From an uncultured Candidatus Poseidoniales archaeon (GTDB lineage Archaea > Thermoplasmatota > Poseidoniia > Poseidoniales > Thalassarchaeaceae): a stretch of 64,000 nt of DNA. The position numbers and the translations under genes were made by a program. The stretch lies in the NCBI GenBank assembly GCA_964618995.1, contig CAZUBQ010000002.1:25352-89351 (forward strand). Direction: 5' to 3'. Shown here piece by piece: positions 1 through 9,763 of this stretch. The notes under the pieces are model-generated. The model searched no databases. It was given only the letters and a program-made list of their open reading frames with translations, and was not told the DNA's origin. Position 1 is the stretch's first letter; each line of letters opens with the position of its first letter.

Positions 1-227
1 TCGTGATCGCGTTCGTAACCCCGCGGACCCTCGACGAGGAATCGTTGCTCGATGCGCTTGACGCGTTCGCCACCATCATTCCCGGCAGGGGAGGGCGCAA
101 GCGACGCTTGCCAGTGATTCCTGTGGTGGTCTGTCCTGCCTGTTCTATGCGCAACCCGGTTGCCAGCGAAGAGCGCCCCTACCGAATGCCCTGTGGTGGC
201 TGTGGTGCGCGTCTGCGCATCGACTAA
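1..227 (+). CDS. 5'-truncated protein ending in a zinc ribbon (CPAC...CGGC)
   Basis: Frame open from the window edge to TAA at 225-227; two CxxC pairs at the C-terminus. Confidence 0.6.
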   Translation, partial: VIAFVTPRTLDEESLLDALDAFATIIPGRGGRKRRLPVIPVVVCPACSMRNPVASEERPYRMPCGGCGARLRID

Positions 228-271
228 GGTTCGGCAGAAGGCGTTTGAACCACGGCGGGCTGCGGACCACG

Positions 272-1126
272 ATGCACTCATTGCTCGAGACCGAGCCGTT
301 CCAGAGTCTGGCACCTGTGCTGAGAGCTGCGGCCGGTGCACTCAGGTCCAACTCACCGGTCACCTTGTGCGCTGAGACGACGACTGTCGGCGCGCTGGCT
401 CTGGCGCATCTGGAGGCATCCCTCTTGGATGCGGGAATCGCATACCGAAGACGTGTTCCACCTCGCGATGGACAGGCGTCATCAGTGATCATCAGCGAGG
501 AATCGCCTCAAACTGAACCGAAGCCGCTCGAATCCGAACCATTCAGGTTGATCCTCTCGCCACTCACCGTTCACGCGCTCTACGGTCATGATGGCAGTTC
601 TCATTCCGGCACGCTGTCACCGGTAGCACAGGCGGCAGCGCTGGCAGCGGAGATTGCACCGGATGGCAGGCGGGTGCGTATGCTGCGCCCCTGGTTGATC
701 GCTGGGAACTGGCACTCGGATGCACTCGACAACTCATATGACCCGGTCTACAGCAGGCTGCGCGACCATCTGCGAGATGAGGGAGCGTTTCGAGTCGTTC
801 CACTTCCGTCGGTGAGCGAACCGGATGACACCCTTCTACCCGACATCGATGACGAGATGCTGTCGGCCACCAAGGATTCGTGGAGTGTGCTCGACGAGCA
901 GCAGCGTGCAGAAGCCCTCTCGGAAATCGCCGCACCCGAGGTGTTCGGTGGCTCGCTCGGTACCGCACGCTTGGAGGAACTGGTCTGGCACAGGCTGGTG
1001 GTCTCGAATCGCCCTCGCGACATGCATTCGCAATTCGCCGCCCTGCAGACACGATTCTCTGACGACGCGCTTGAAGCAGCCAACACCTGCATCGACCAAC
1101 TTCTCTCCACGGGAGAGGTGGAGTGA
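272..1126 (+). CDS. Degenerate (probably inactive) DHH/RecJ-like protein
   Basis: N-terminal 'ETTTVGALALAHLEASLLDAGIAY' resembles the DHH motif-I region (DADG...A..L...L...G) but lacks the Asp residues, and no DHH triad is seen. Lies next to rps15, like the DHH gene in other Euryarchaeota. ATG 272 preferred over TTG 245. Confidence 0.5.
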   Translation: MHSLLETEPFQSLAPVLRAAAGALRSNSPVTLCAETTTVGALALAHLEASLLDAGIAYRRRVPPRDGQASSVIISEESPQTEPKPLESEPFRLILSPLTVHALYGHDGSSHSGTLSPVAQAAALAAEIAPDGRRVRMLRPWLIAGNWHSDALDNSYDPVYSRLRDHLRDEGAFRVVPLPSVSEPDDTLLPDIDDEMLSATKDSWSVLDEQQRAEALSEIAAPEVFGGSLGTARLEELVWHRLVVSNRPRDMHSQFAALQTRFSDDALEAANTCIDQLLSTGEVE

Positions 1127-1134
1127 ATACCGAC

Positions 1135-1590
1135 TCAGTCGACTATGAGGCGAATCTGGTCACGCTTGTAGCGCCAGTCTGCCGGAAGCCGACCGGTGCC
1201 GATGTGGTAGCGGGCGTTTCGGCGAATCTTCGATTCGGTCAGTTCCAACTGCCGACGGTTGTGTAGATCCTTGCGGTTCTGCTCAAGGTGGTCTACGAGC
1301 CTCAAGGCCTTGCGCATCAGATTCATCATTTCGTCGGGGTATTTCGGAATCCTTTCATTGTCAACCAGCACTCCGGCCACCCTCTTGTTGAGTAGCAGAC
1401 GGACGTTGGGAACTGCATACTGGTCGCGCAGAATGGTGCCTATCATCGCCGTTGAATTGCCACTGTCATACAGTTCGCAGATGAGTTGTTCCACCTTCTC
1501 CTTGTCCTGCTCCGACCACTTCGGGACCTCGGTGAGCAGGGGCCTTGAGGAACCTGAGGAACCTTTGCCACTGCTGTGCATCCTTGCCAT
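1135..1590 (-). CDS. rps15: 30S ribosomal protein S15 (uS15, archaeal/eukaryotic S13-type)
   Basis: MARMHS..KGSSGS, IGTILRDQY, KDLHNRRQLELTESKIRR; GAGGAG SD upstream. Confidence 0.98.
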   Translation of the reverse strand: MARMHSSGKGSSGSSRPLLTEVPKWSEQDKEKVEQLICELYDSGNSTAMIGTILRDQYAVPNVRLLLNKRVAGVLVDNERIPKYPDEMMNLMRKALRLVDHLEQNRKDLHNRRQLELTESKIRRNARYHIGTGRLPADWRYKRDQIRLIVD

Positions 1591-1679
1591 GGTATCTCCT
1601 CAAGCGACCCGCCGACCTGCTCCCCCTTCATAACCGCTACGCTGCAAGGATGCATGCTCTCTTGTGTAACCTAGTCCAT

Positions 1680-3545
1680 TCACAGCCGGTGCTTGGCGCG
1701 GGCGAGTCTTCCAGGGGAACCAGAGTACTCCCACGCGGCGGCAAGCGAGCGGGCGGTGCCGAGTAGGCCTCCGTCACGCAGTACCAACACGTCATCACCG
1801 ACACGAATGTCTCCCTCGATGCTGTCGACCATCGGACCGAACACGTCACCTTTCCAATCAGGGCCGGGCTGCAGGTGGACGCGACTGAGTGTATTCGTGT
1901 CCGCCAGCAGAGGGAGACTCGCTTTGGCGAAGGCGAAGCGGCCGGCGCGCGGATGCCATTGTGCGAACTGCTCGTCAGCGACGAATATCTTCCATTCGGG
2001 AGGACGTCCGACCACCTTGGCGTCAGTAAGCCATTCGTCTGTGCCGTGGAACCAGCGCGACAGCGCGCGGAACTTGTCTAGCAGATGCTCGCGCTCACTC
2101 ATGCGCTCTCCTGAGTGATAGCGCTCTGCAGCGTCGTCGCTAGCCTGCTGCAATCTGGTGAGCGCAGCTTCTGACCCGGCTGTCTCTCCTAATCGGGTGT
2201 CGATTACCTCGACGCCGGCGTCGATGTCGACGCCAGAGTGGTTGATGACAAGTTCGTAGCCGATGCGGGATACTAGCGCACGTACGAGTCGGGTGATGTC
2301 CTCCAGTTCGGATGAGTTCCAGTCACCGGTGACCGGGATGTCGTAATGTGCGGCCGGCCAGAGATCCTCGAGCTCCCGGGGAACCAGACCGAGCGGAGCA
2401 GTTACCATCACCTCGTGCAGGTTTCTGTGTCTCAACGAACGGCGGAAACGCCAGTGAGAGTTGGACAACCGATACGGTTTGCGCTCACTGCATGGGAGCA
2501 GCACCAGCACCTTCGACTGCGTAGAAGGGGGGGTGTGAACATCCTCAATGCGCTGTATCCAGTCGGCGATGAGCGCGTCGTTGGTGCTGTTAGCAGAATT
2601 ACACCGCCAGCGTCTCCCGTCAGGAACCTTACGCGCCAGCGGGGGCGAAGGAAGGAGCGTGAGTGTCTGCTTATCCTCGGCTGTCAGTTGCTCGCGCTTC
2701 GCCGCTGATTCTCCCAACGAGGCTCGCATCAGGCGGTCATGGAACCTCAGATGCTCCACCAACCTCGAACTGTTCAGCGCTCGGCGCTCCACCAGTTCCC
2801 GCAGCGTCCCATCCCTGATCGCCTGGCGCACGTTGGCCAGTTCATCCACCCAAGCCGCGAACTGCCTGTCCATATCGGTGGACTCCTCGAGGCTGGCATC
2901 GGCTCTCCGAGGACCTGAGGAGGTGAGCAGTGCGCCGGCTGAGGCGGCCTGTCTGCTCCGTCCGAAATCGTGCAGATCGACTCCGAACCATGTCAACAGA
3001 GCGAGATTGTCAGGGCCTGACAGCCCAGGGCACCAGATGAGCGACACCGGGTGACTGGTGCGCAACACGGCTAGTGCACGCACAAGCCGGCCGGGGTGCT
3101 GTGCCAGTTGCAGCGCATCTGTAAGCACCAGAACACCGGGAATCGTCTGCGGATCGGCGAGCACCTCGTCGTGTAGCATACGTTGCCAGGAGACCGGCAT
3201 GACCTCACCCACTCCTGCGTGGGCGAGTCCGGAATCGGCGGTGGCGAGCGATGGCGGTAGTGTGTGACCGAGTGTGACACGCCATTCAGGAGCGGGGTCC
3301 TCGAACGGATGGGCTAGCGGAGCGCGGGCGCGCAGAACGAGTTCGGCAGGCAGGGAACTGGAATCGTGAGCGGAGACAAACGGCGCCAAGGCCACCGTCA
3401 GCGAATCACCTAGGTCGCTGATGTCGGCTTCAGAGGCGATCATACAGGGTGACTGCGCCGCTGACGACTTGCGATCACCCAACGCGATGATGCGTGCGTG
3501 GCGCATACGGTCCGTGACCGTGCGACCTAGATGCTGTTCTGACAC
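1680..3545 (-). CDS. arcS: Archaeosine synthase ArcS (TgtA2): degenerate TGT domain, DUF5591-type domain, PUA domain
   Basis: VLLPCSERKPY..S.SH, VTAPLGLVPRELE...PAAHYDIPVTG.W, C-terminal PUA (IRVGDDVLV). GTG 3545 preferred because the longer ORF overlaps the divergent promoter region. Confidence 0.88.
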   Translation of the reverse strand: MSEQHLGRTVTDRMRHARIIALGDRKSSAAQSPCMIASEADISDLGDSLTVALAPFVSAHDSSSLPAELVLRARAPLAHPFEDPAPEWRVTLGHTLPPSLATADSGLAHAGVGEVMPVSWQRMLHDEVLADPQTIPGVLVLTDALQLAQHPGRLVRALAVLRTSHPVSLIWCPGLSGPDNLALLTWFGVDLHDFGRSRQAASAGALLTSSGPRRADASLEESTDMDRQFAAWVDELANVRQAIRDGTLRELVERRALNSSRLVEHLRFHDRLMRASLGESAAKREQLTAEDKQTLTLLPSPPLARKVPDGRRWRCNSANSTNDALIADWIQRIEDVHTPPSTQSKVLVLLPCSERKPYRLSNSHWRFRRSLRHRNLHEVMVTAPLGLVPRELEDLWPAAHYDIPVTGDWNSSELEDITRLVRALVSRIGYELVINHSGVDIDAGVEVIDTRLGETAGSEAALTRLQQASDDAAERYHSGERMSEREHLLDKFRALSRWFHGTDEWLTDAKVVGRPPEWKIFVADEQFAQWHPRAGRFAFAKASLPLLADTNTLSRVHLQPGPDWKGDVFGPMVDSIEGDIRVGDDVLVLRDGGLLGTARSLAAAWEYSGSPGRLARAKHRL

Positions 3546-3608
3546 GATGCGGCGACCTGTGCGCCATAATTGAACGATTCTATAACCGGCGAGCGGCGCG
3601 CGCAATGC

Positions 3609-5876
3609 ATGCGCAGCACATCCGGGGCTTGTACGCTTCTGTGCTTGCTGCTGTTATCATCAGTGATGTTCGCGGTCCCTCCACAACCCCCCACCGAACC
3701 AGATAGGGAACTCACCTCACCAATGAATGCACAGACCGTCCTGTTGATTGACGCTCAGCAGGAGGTGAACTGGTCGATTGAGGTGCGCAGTGGCCCGTTT
3801 TTCGTGGCGGTCGATTGCTCGGCTGGAAGTGGCTGCCCTCAGACCACTCTGACAATCACAGAGGCGGGAGGGAATACCCATCAAGCGACCGAACGGTTCC
3901 GTATCGAGTTGTCCGGCAATCTCAGTGCAGGCACCCACACGCTGAGCATCAGCCGTGATTCATCCTCCGGTGACCTGTCGCTCACGCTGACCACCATCTG
4001 GCTCGACCCCATGGGAGGTGAATTCCTCGACGCGCCTTCTGTCCTGCCCGATCCGGGTAGCGATGCGAGCGCCTGGCCCGTGCTGTCCGCTGTGGGATGC
4101 GGGAACTACACAGCATGCGGGGTCACAGACAGGGGAGACATTGGTAGCGCATCGAGCTGGTGGAACGGAAGCCTGGCAGATGTCGATGATATTGACAGCC
4201 TGCTGCTTAACGGAAGCGAGGGCGACGTGTTCGAGTTCGAACTGGTGGCACATTCGACCGAGGTGACCATCGAGATCTGGAATCGAACCGATGACGACCT
4301 GCAGATGCTCTCGAGCATAACCCATGGCCTCGCACAACTCCCTGAATCGGATTCACGCCAGGTTCTCAGCCAACCTGTAGAAGGTGAACTGTGGCTGTTG
4401 CTAATCACCGCGGGAGGTGAAGGTGGAATGTACTCGCTGAACGTAGCGAGACATGTAGCGGGCCTAGAATCAGAATCCGGCGACCTTCCCGGAATTCCAT
4501 TCCTTTCACCAGAGCACACAACGGGGGTGGCAACATCAGGCCATCTGGGCTACGAAGACTACGCTGGTGACATGCTCAGATTCCCAGCCGGATCCCGCTC
4601 GCACATCCGCATCGAATGGACGAGCAGCGCGCCATGTGACCTCAGTCTGCATGTGCACAATCTCACATGGGATCTGTTCACCACGTATCCGTCGTCTGTC
4701 GGCTCCGGTATCGATATCGTTCTCCCCGAAGGAACGGATGGATTCTCAATCGGATTCGACAACCAGTCGTCTGCACTGATCTGGACGCTGTCGGCGACCG
4801 ATCTCGGACCACATGATGCAGGATATCTTGGTGATGCCACCGACCACCGCCCTACCGGAGAGGCTGCGGGAGCGGCGATGCAGGAACACACAGGATCCAG
4901 CGGAACAATCTCTGGCAGCCTGGATATCGTCGACCAGCGCGATGTCTATCTCATCGAACGGGAACTCGGATTCCCCGACCGCAGCTGGTTCTCAACCACG
5001 CTGGAATCAGAACCCGGCTGCTGCCGGGTGAGCATCGAGCAACTGAACACATCGGCGTACATCGGTTGGACGACAGTGGATAGCAACACGAGCGACTTGG
5101 TAGGCATGAGCACCAGTGTCGGCCTCGAATTGGATCACGGACGGCATCTTCTGGTGGTGGAACCGGTCGGCCCGCTAAATGAGCAGGTGGAGTACACCTT
5201 GTTGTGGGGCTGGGCGACACCGGAAGTAGAGGAGAACGATACAGATGGCGAATGGCAGGACCTGTCGGGAGACTTTCGGAATTTCTACATCCTCGTGGGA
5301 GTAATGTTTCTCTCCCCGTGGCTATTGATATTCTACTGGAGGTGGCAGGACCGCGGAACCCTCCGGTTGGAGGTACACGAGCGCAAACGATTGGCGCGCC
5401 TGCGCGAACGGCTGGTGGCGGCTGATGTGGACGATACCGAGGACCCGCACGCGCTTGAAGACGCACTGAACTCGCTGGCGGACACAGACTGGGAGGCGCT
5501 CATCTTGGAGTGGGGGGAGCCAGTGGTACGACATCTGACGGAGGGCATAGATCTCGCATGCTGGCGGCTTGAGAGCAACGATGACTCGGCACGGCTGGCA
5601 GTCGGAATCAGCACCGGTTCGGATTCATGGACCCTCGCCGCGCTGCGCTTCCAGGCGATCGAGGGGGCAGAATGGAAGGTAGGCACGGTCGTTCCCGAGG
5701 CAATGGCAGAGGGGGACGAACTGTTCCTCGGTGAATTATCGGCGAACAGCGACCGCTTCCTGAGAGTTGACCTCGAAGGCAGCGCGGAGGGTCTCGACAT
5801 CCATCTGTCCGGATTGGTTGGCGGTGAACCGATTGCCGCCATCCCGACACGCGCGGTGATGCTAGAGGAGGAGTGA
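3609..5876 (+). CDS. Secreted single-pass membrane protein with about three PPC-like beta-sandwich domains and an inferred cytoplasmic C-terminal domain
   Basis: Signal peptide (LLCLLLLSSVMFA); repeated G.L...D..D.(Y/L) motifs; TM helix FYILVGVMFLSPWLLIFYW followed by basic residues. Confidence 0.7.
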   Translation: MRSTSGACTLLCLLLLSSVMFAVPPQPPTEPDRELTSPMNAQTVLLIDAQQEVNWSIEVRSGPFFVAVDCSAGSGCPQTTLTITEAGGNTHQATERFRIELSGNLSAGTHTLSISRDSSSGDLSLTLTTIWLDPMGGEFLDAPSVLPDPGSDASAWPVLSAVGCGNYTACGVTDRGDIGSASSWWNGSLADVDDIDSLLLNGSEGDVFEFELVAHSTEVTIEIWNRTDDDLQMLSSITHGLAQLPESDSRQVLSQPVEGELWLLLITAGGEGGMYSLNVARHVAGLESESGDLPGIPFLSPEHTTGVATSGHLGYEDYAGDMLRFPAGSRSHIRIEWTSSAPCDLSLHVHNLTWDLFTTYPSSVGSGIDIVLPEGTDGFSIGFDNQSSALIWTLSATDLGPHDAGYLGDATDHRPTGEAAGAAMQEHTGSSGTISGSLDIVDQRDVYLIERELGFPDRSWFSTTLESEPGCCRVSIEQLNTSAYIGWTTVDSNTSDLVGMSTSVGLELDHGRHLLVVEPVGPLNEQVEYTLLWGWATPEVEENDTDGEWQDLSGDFRNFYILVGVMFLSPWLLIFYWRWQDRGTLRLEVHERKRLARLRERLVAADVDDTEDPHALEDALNSLADTDWEALILEWGEPVVRHLTEGIDLACWRLESNDDSARLAVGISTGSDSWTLAALRFQAIEGAEWKVGTVVPEAMAEGDELFLGELSANSDRFLRVDLEGSAEGLDIHLSGLVGGEPIAAIPTRAVMLEEE

Positions 5877-5882
5877 GCAACT

Positions 5883-7031
5883 TCACCGGTTGCGGCGCCT
5901 TTCCTGTGCTTCACGTCGAACTTCTTCCTCGACGTCATCCTTCGGGATGCTCAATTCATCTCGCAGCGCCTCGACCTGCTCCTTGATTTTCTTCGACGGC
6001 TTCTGGGGGACGTGCATCTTCAGCAGCACGGTGATGTCGCCCTGACCCCTTCCCCTACGGTGAGGCAATCCACGGCGACTGATGAGCAGCGTGTCCCCGG
6101 GTCGCGAACCGGCAGGGACTACGATGCGCAGTGGTTCGCCATCGATGTGCGGCAACTCGACTGTGGTGCCGAGCAGCAGTTCTGGATATCCGAGCGGGAG
6201 GGCCATCAGCAGATCGGCGCCGTCACGCTCGAACCATTCGTGGTCGTCGATAGAGAGTTGGATGTATAGATCACCGGCCCGACCTCGGCCACCTTGTGAA
6301 GGTTCACCCTTCCCCGACATTCGCAGGCGCGTCCCATCGAGTACACCTGGGGGGACGTTGAACCTGAGTGTTCGCGTTCTGGTCTGGCATCCATCGCCGC
6401 GGCAGGCCGAGCAGGGTTTGTCGATGATTCTCCCTTCCCCCCTGCAATGTGAGCAGTCCGAGACCATCTGCTGCAGGAACGGGCCAACCTTTCGGCTCTG
6501 CGCAATTCTCCCCTCGCCGCCACACGGCTCGCAGGAACTGATTGCATCAGAGCTGGCAGCTCCGTTGCCACCACAATCCTCACACGCTTCGAGAAGCTCG
6601 ACCTCGGCCTCTCGTTCGCCGCCGCTCTGCACCATCTCGAAAGGTATCCGGTGATGCATCAGAACGTCATGGCCGCGGCTCGTCCGCACTCCTCTTTGTG
6701 ATGCGCCGGAGAAGAAGTTGGAGAAGAACGACTCGAAACCGCCGTTGAACAGGTCCTCCATGGAGATGTTCACCCCTTGGAAGCCACCGGATCCGAACGG
6801 ACTTCCCCCGGGATGCTCGTGACCGAACATGTCGTAGTTACGTCGCTGCTCTGCGTTCGACAGAACCGCGTACGCCTCCTGAATTTCCTTGAAGCGCGTC
6901 TCGGCATCAGGATCATCGGGGTTCTTGTCCGGGTGATTCTTGCGCGCCAGAATACGGAAAGCGTCCTTGATGTCCTTGTCCGAACCGTCGCGGCTGACCC
7001 CGAGGACTTCGTAGTAGTCTCGCTTGGTCAT
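5883..7031 (-). CDS. dnaJ: Chaperone DnaJ (class A)
   Basis: KRDYYEVLGV, HPD motif, G/F region, four CxxCxGxG repeats, C-terminal domain; GGTGA SD before ATG 7031. Confidence 0.97.
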   Translation of the reverse strand: MTKRDYYEVLGVSRDGSDKDIKDAFRILARKNHPDKNPDDPDAETRFKEIQEAYAVLSNAEQRRNYDMFGHEHPGGSPFGSGGFQGVNISMEDLFNGGFESFFSNFFSGASQRGVRTSRGHDVLMHHRIPFEMVQSGGEREAEVELLEACEDCGGNGAASSDAISSCEPCGGEGRIAQSRKVGPFLQQMVSDCSHCRGEGRIIDKPCSACRGDGCQTRTRTLRFNVPPGVLDGTRLRMSGKGEPSQGGRGRAGDLYIQLSIDDHEWFERDGADLLMALPLGYPELLLGTTVELPHIDGEPLRIVVPAGSRPGDTLLISRRGLPHRRGRGQGDITVLLKMHVPQKPSKKIKEQVEALRDELSIPKDDVEEEVRREAQERRRNR

Positions 7032-7116
7032 CGGTGGTTCACCGACCCGCGCTGCTCGGCCGACCGTTTTCAACACAGCGACAGCGAAATGCTCAGGATG
7101 TCCCAGTAGCGCTGCC

Positions 7117-8010
7117 TCAAGTCAGTAGAGCACTGCAGCTGGAGCAGTAGTCCCTGCTGATTGAGTTTCGCGCACCGCAGTCGAGGCAGAACTTCGTCTC
7201 CTTGCCGACGTCCCCTCCACCACCTGTTGAGGCTGCGAGCGATGCCAGGTCCTTGTCACCCTCAACCGTGACTCCCGCAGGCTCCTTGCCACCACCATAG
7301 ATCTGTTCGTACTCCTGTGGAGATGCTGCCTTCGGTTCGGGTTTCGGTTTTGGCTTCGGCTTGGCGACCACCGGTGCTGGCGCCGCCGTCTCCTTCACCT
7401 TCTGCTTCCTCGCTGAGTCCTCATCTTTCAGGGCCTGCTGGAGACTGGCATCGACATTGGATGGACTGGCCGCCTGCTTGCGCTCGTGCGCCAGGTCAGA
7501 TGCGGCCATCGCAGCCATAGGATCTTCCTGACCTTCCCCTGACATGCGGCTGGTGGAACGACGCACATGATCCTGTTCCGAGAGCATGCGAACCTCGAGT
7601 TCTTCCTCCTTCTCTGGACTATCGGACATGGACCTGCCTGCCAGTTCGTCGGTGCGCTTGCCTCGGTCCCTGCCAGCATCATCGTCTGAGGCGAGATATC
7701 CCTCAGCGTCCCGCTCAAGTTGAGCCATAGCCGAATCAGCCTTGGTCCAAAGGCCACGGTCCTCGGCGGTGTACGCCTTGCGCAGACCCTTGATGCTCTT
7801 GGCGCGGAAGAACTCGTGGTCGAGCACCTTTCGCGAACGACGGAAGAGCAGGAATCCTAGAGCCAACGCGATGAGGTACATCACTACCTTCTCCCAAGTC
7901 AGGTCGACGTAATGGCTCGCTGCCGGAATAATCGAATGCAGTATGGCGACGATGATTGCCGGAGTGATGAGCAGCGCCCACGCGGTCAACTCGTTCTTGT
8001 CCTCAGCCAT
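7117..8010 (-). CDS. Two-TM membrane protein with low-complexity linker and C-terminal zinc ribbon
   Basis: Two N-terminal hydrophobic helices, KPKPKPKPEPK linker, CLDC...CSSC. Confidence 0.75.
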   Translation of the reverse strand: MAEDKNELTAWALLITPAIIVAILHSIIPAASHYVDLTWEKVVMYLIALALGFLLFRRSRKVLDHEFFRAKSIKGLRKAYTAEDRGLWTKADSAMAQLERDAEGYLASDDDAGRDRGKRTDELAGRSMSDSPEKEEELEVRMLSEQDHVRRSTSRMSGEGQEDPMAAMAASDLAHERKQAASPSNVDASLQQALKDEDSARKQKVKETAAPAPVVAKPKPKPKPEPKAASPQEYEQIYGGGKEPAGVTVEGDKDLASLAASTGGGGDVGKETKFCLDCGARNSISRDYCSSCSALLT

Positions 8011-8089
8011 GCGAACCAAACGCTTCGACGCCACAGTTCCCGTTCAATGTTTGGTGCCAGCGAATGGCAGTACCAAGGCGTCAAACCGG

Positions 8090-9163
8090 TCAACTGACGC
8101 GGTCCTTGGGGGCACGCCCCTTACGGATGAGCCCGTCGAGAAGCCCGATGGAAAATGTTGTGTGAAGCAGCAACAGCATCAATGGCATCCCGAGCAGCAG
8201 AGTCGGTTGCTGCCGCGTAACCGATTCGAACAGGCCGTGGAGAGTGAGCACCACGGCATAGGTGAGTGGAGGGATCAACCAGATGGGAACACCGGTGAGC
8301 CCGAGACCAGTGAACTTCAGACCAGTGCAACAAAGGAACACGGTTGTGAGCAACCCAATCCATGGAAGGAACTCCAACATCGAGGCACGACTTGGAGCGG
8401 AACGAAGATGCTTCATCCGCCAGAATCCGTAGCGATGACCGAATTTCAGCCACCCACCCAGAGTCCTCCGCTTCGCCATGCGACAAGATGAGACATCAGA
8501 GCGCCACAACTCCCAGCCTGACTGCTCGAGCCGATGATTCAACTCTGAATCCTGCGTGGTGATGAACCGCTCATCCCAGCCGCCCACCTCATCGAGCGCC
8601 CCTCGTCGGTAGAGGGTGAACGGAGGGACACGCGTCCGCTCGCGACCGCGGAACTGGGCGAACTGCCCCCTGCCGCTGGCCATCGGATTCTGCAAGGTCG
8701 CCTCCACCCAGCGGCCGACCAAACCCAGATCCTCGTCTGATTCGCGCACGAGAGTGCCGATTCCCGCCAATCGCCGCCCTTCCTTCGTCAACTCTGACTC
8801 CAAGTCCAACAGATCCGCCACCCGTCGACTCAGGTGGTTCGCGGGCACCCATACATGTCCAATCATCTCCAGCACGAGTTCCACTTCGTCGGGCAAGCTT
8901 ACGAGGCTCTGGTTGCGCGCGTGAGGGACATATCTGTCGGGATTATCCAGCAATTCGACTCGCGGACCTCCCGCAGTTACACTCTCCTGTGCCAATCGCT
9001 TCACGATATCACGCGTACCATCGCTGCTACCTCCATCAATGACCTGAATGAGATGTCTGTCGGCCGGCCAATCCTGTGCGATGAACGATGTCAGGCAGCG
9101 TTCGAGGTGATCGACCTCCTGCCACACCGGGATGACAGTCGCAACCAGAGGATGTTCAGCCAT
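8090..9163 (-). CDS. GT2 family glycosyltransferase (ExoA-like) with C-terminal TM helices
   Basis: VIPVWQE..L..CL.S, VIDGGSSDGT, GGWDE...QDSELN.RL, three C-terminal hydrophobic helices; the usual DxD reads 'IGH'. Confidence 0.88.
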   Translation of the reverse strand: MAEHPLVATVIPVWQEVDHLERCLTSFIAQDWPADRHLIQVIDGGSSDGTRDIVKRLAQESVTAGGPRVELLDNPDRYVPHARNQSLVSLPDEVELVLEMIGHVWVPANHLSRRVADLLDLESELTKEGRRLAGIGTLVRESDEDLGLVGRWVEATLQNPMASGRGQFAQFRGRERTRVPPFTLYRRGALDEVGGWDERFITTQDSELNHRLEQSGWELWRSDVSSCRMAKRRTLGGWLKFGHRYGFWRMKHLRSAPSRASMLEFLPWIGLLTTVFLCCTGLKFTGLGLTGVPIWLIPPLTYAVVLTLHGLFESVTRQQPTLLLGMPLMLLLLHTTFSIGLLDGLIRKGRAPKDRVS

Positions 9164-9266
9164 GCGCTTCGCCGATGCTGCTGGCGGACCGGTTGTGAAG
9201 ATTGTCACTGAGCAGTAGGCAGGATTCATCATCCGACGGGGTCTCGCATGTCACCGAGGTCGAACG

Positions 9267-9758
9267 ATGGTCACGGCGAGCGTGGAGGCGGGACTGGCGC
9301 CCACTGACGACGCCGTATTGGTGCGCAACGCCCTGTTGGAACTGTTTCCCAGCTCCGAACTGCCCGATGTAGAACCTAGGCCGGTCTTCCCGACTTCAGA
9401 GACGACAGGTGTGCTGTACGCACGCAACGTGGAATTGACCCGGCTGCAGGAGCGGTTGCAGGAACAACGAATCTGTGACACGGCTCTCGATACGATGGCG
9501 TTCGCACTCGATGAGGACGGCCAGAGCACCTGCTTTTCGATCTCACGCCAGGCGGCGCTGGCAGGCAAGGTTGCATTCGTCCTCCCTGGAGAGAGGGTGC
9601 TCGGTGGCACGTTTGAGGTGAGCATCAGTGGGGAAGGTCTGGCTGAGTGGATCGAAGAGTTCACCTGGCATCCCGGGCGCGGCTCCGTGCCTCGGAACGT
9701 TGCGGATGAAGTGGCGATGCGCAGCGATGGTAGTTCGCGTGACTGGTTCGATGACTGA
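9267..9758 (+). CDS. UPF0201/DUF54 family putative RNA-binding protein
   Basis: PTDD...V.NAL..LFP, L.EQRICDTA, SRQAALAGKVAF, LG...V match the archaeal UPF0201 pattern; GAGGT SD. Confidence 0.75.
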   Translation: MVTASVEAGLAPTDDAVLVRNALLELFPSSELPDVEPRPVFPTSETTGVLYARNVELTRLQERLQEQRICDTALDTMAFALDEDGQSTCFSISRQAALAGKVAFVLPGERVLGGTFEVSISGEGLAEWIEEFTWHPGRGSVPRNVADEVAMRSDGSSRDWFDD

Positions 9759-9763
9759 GGCAC

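Noticed and set aside
5883..7031. dnaJ without adjacent dnaK/grpE
   Set aside because: Stand-alone dnaJ copies are common; not informative without the rest of the genome
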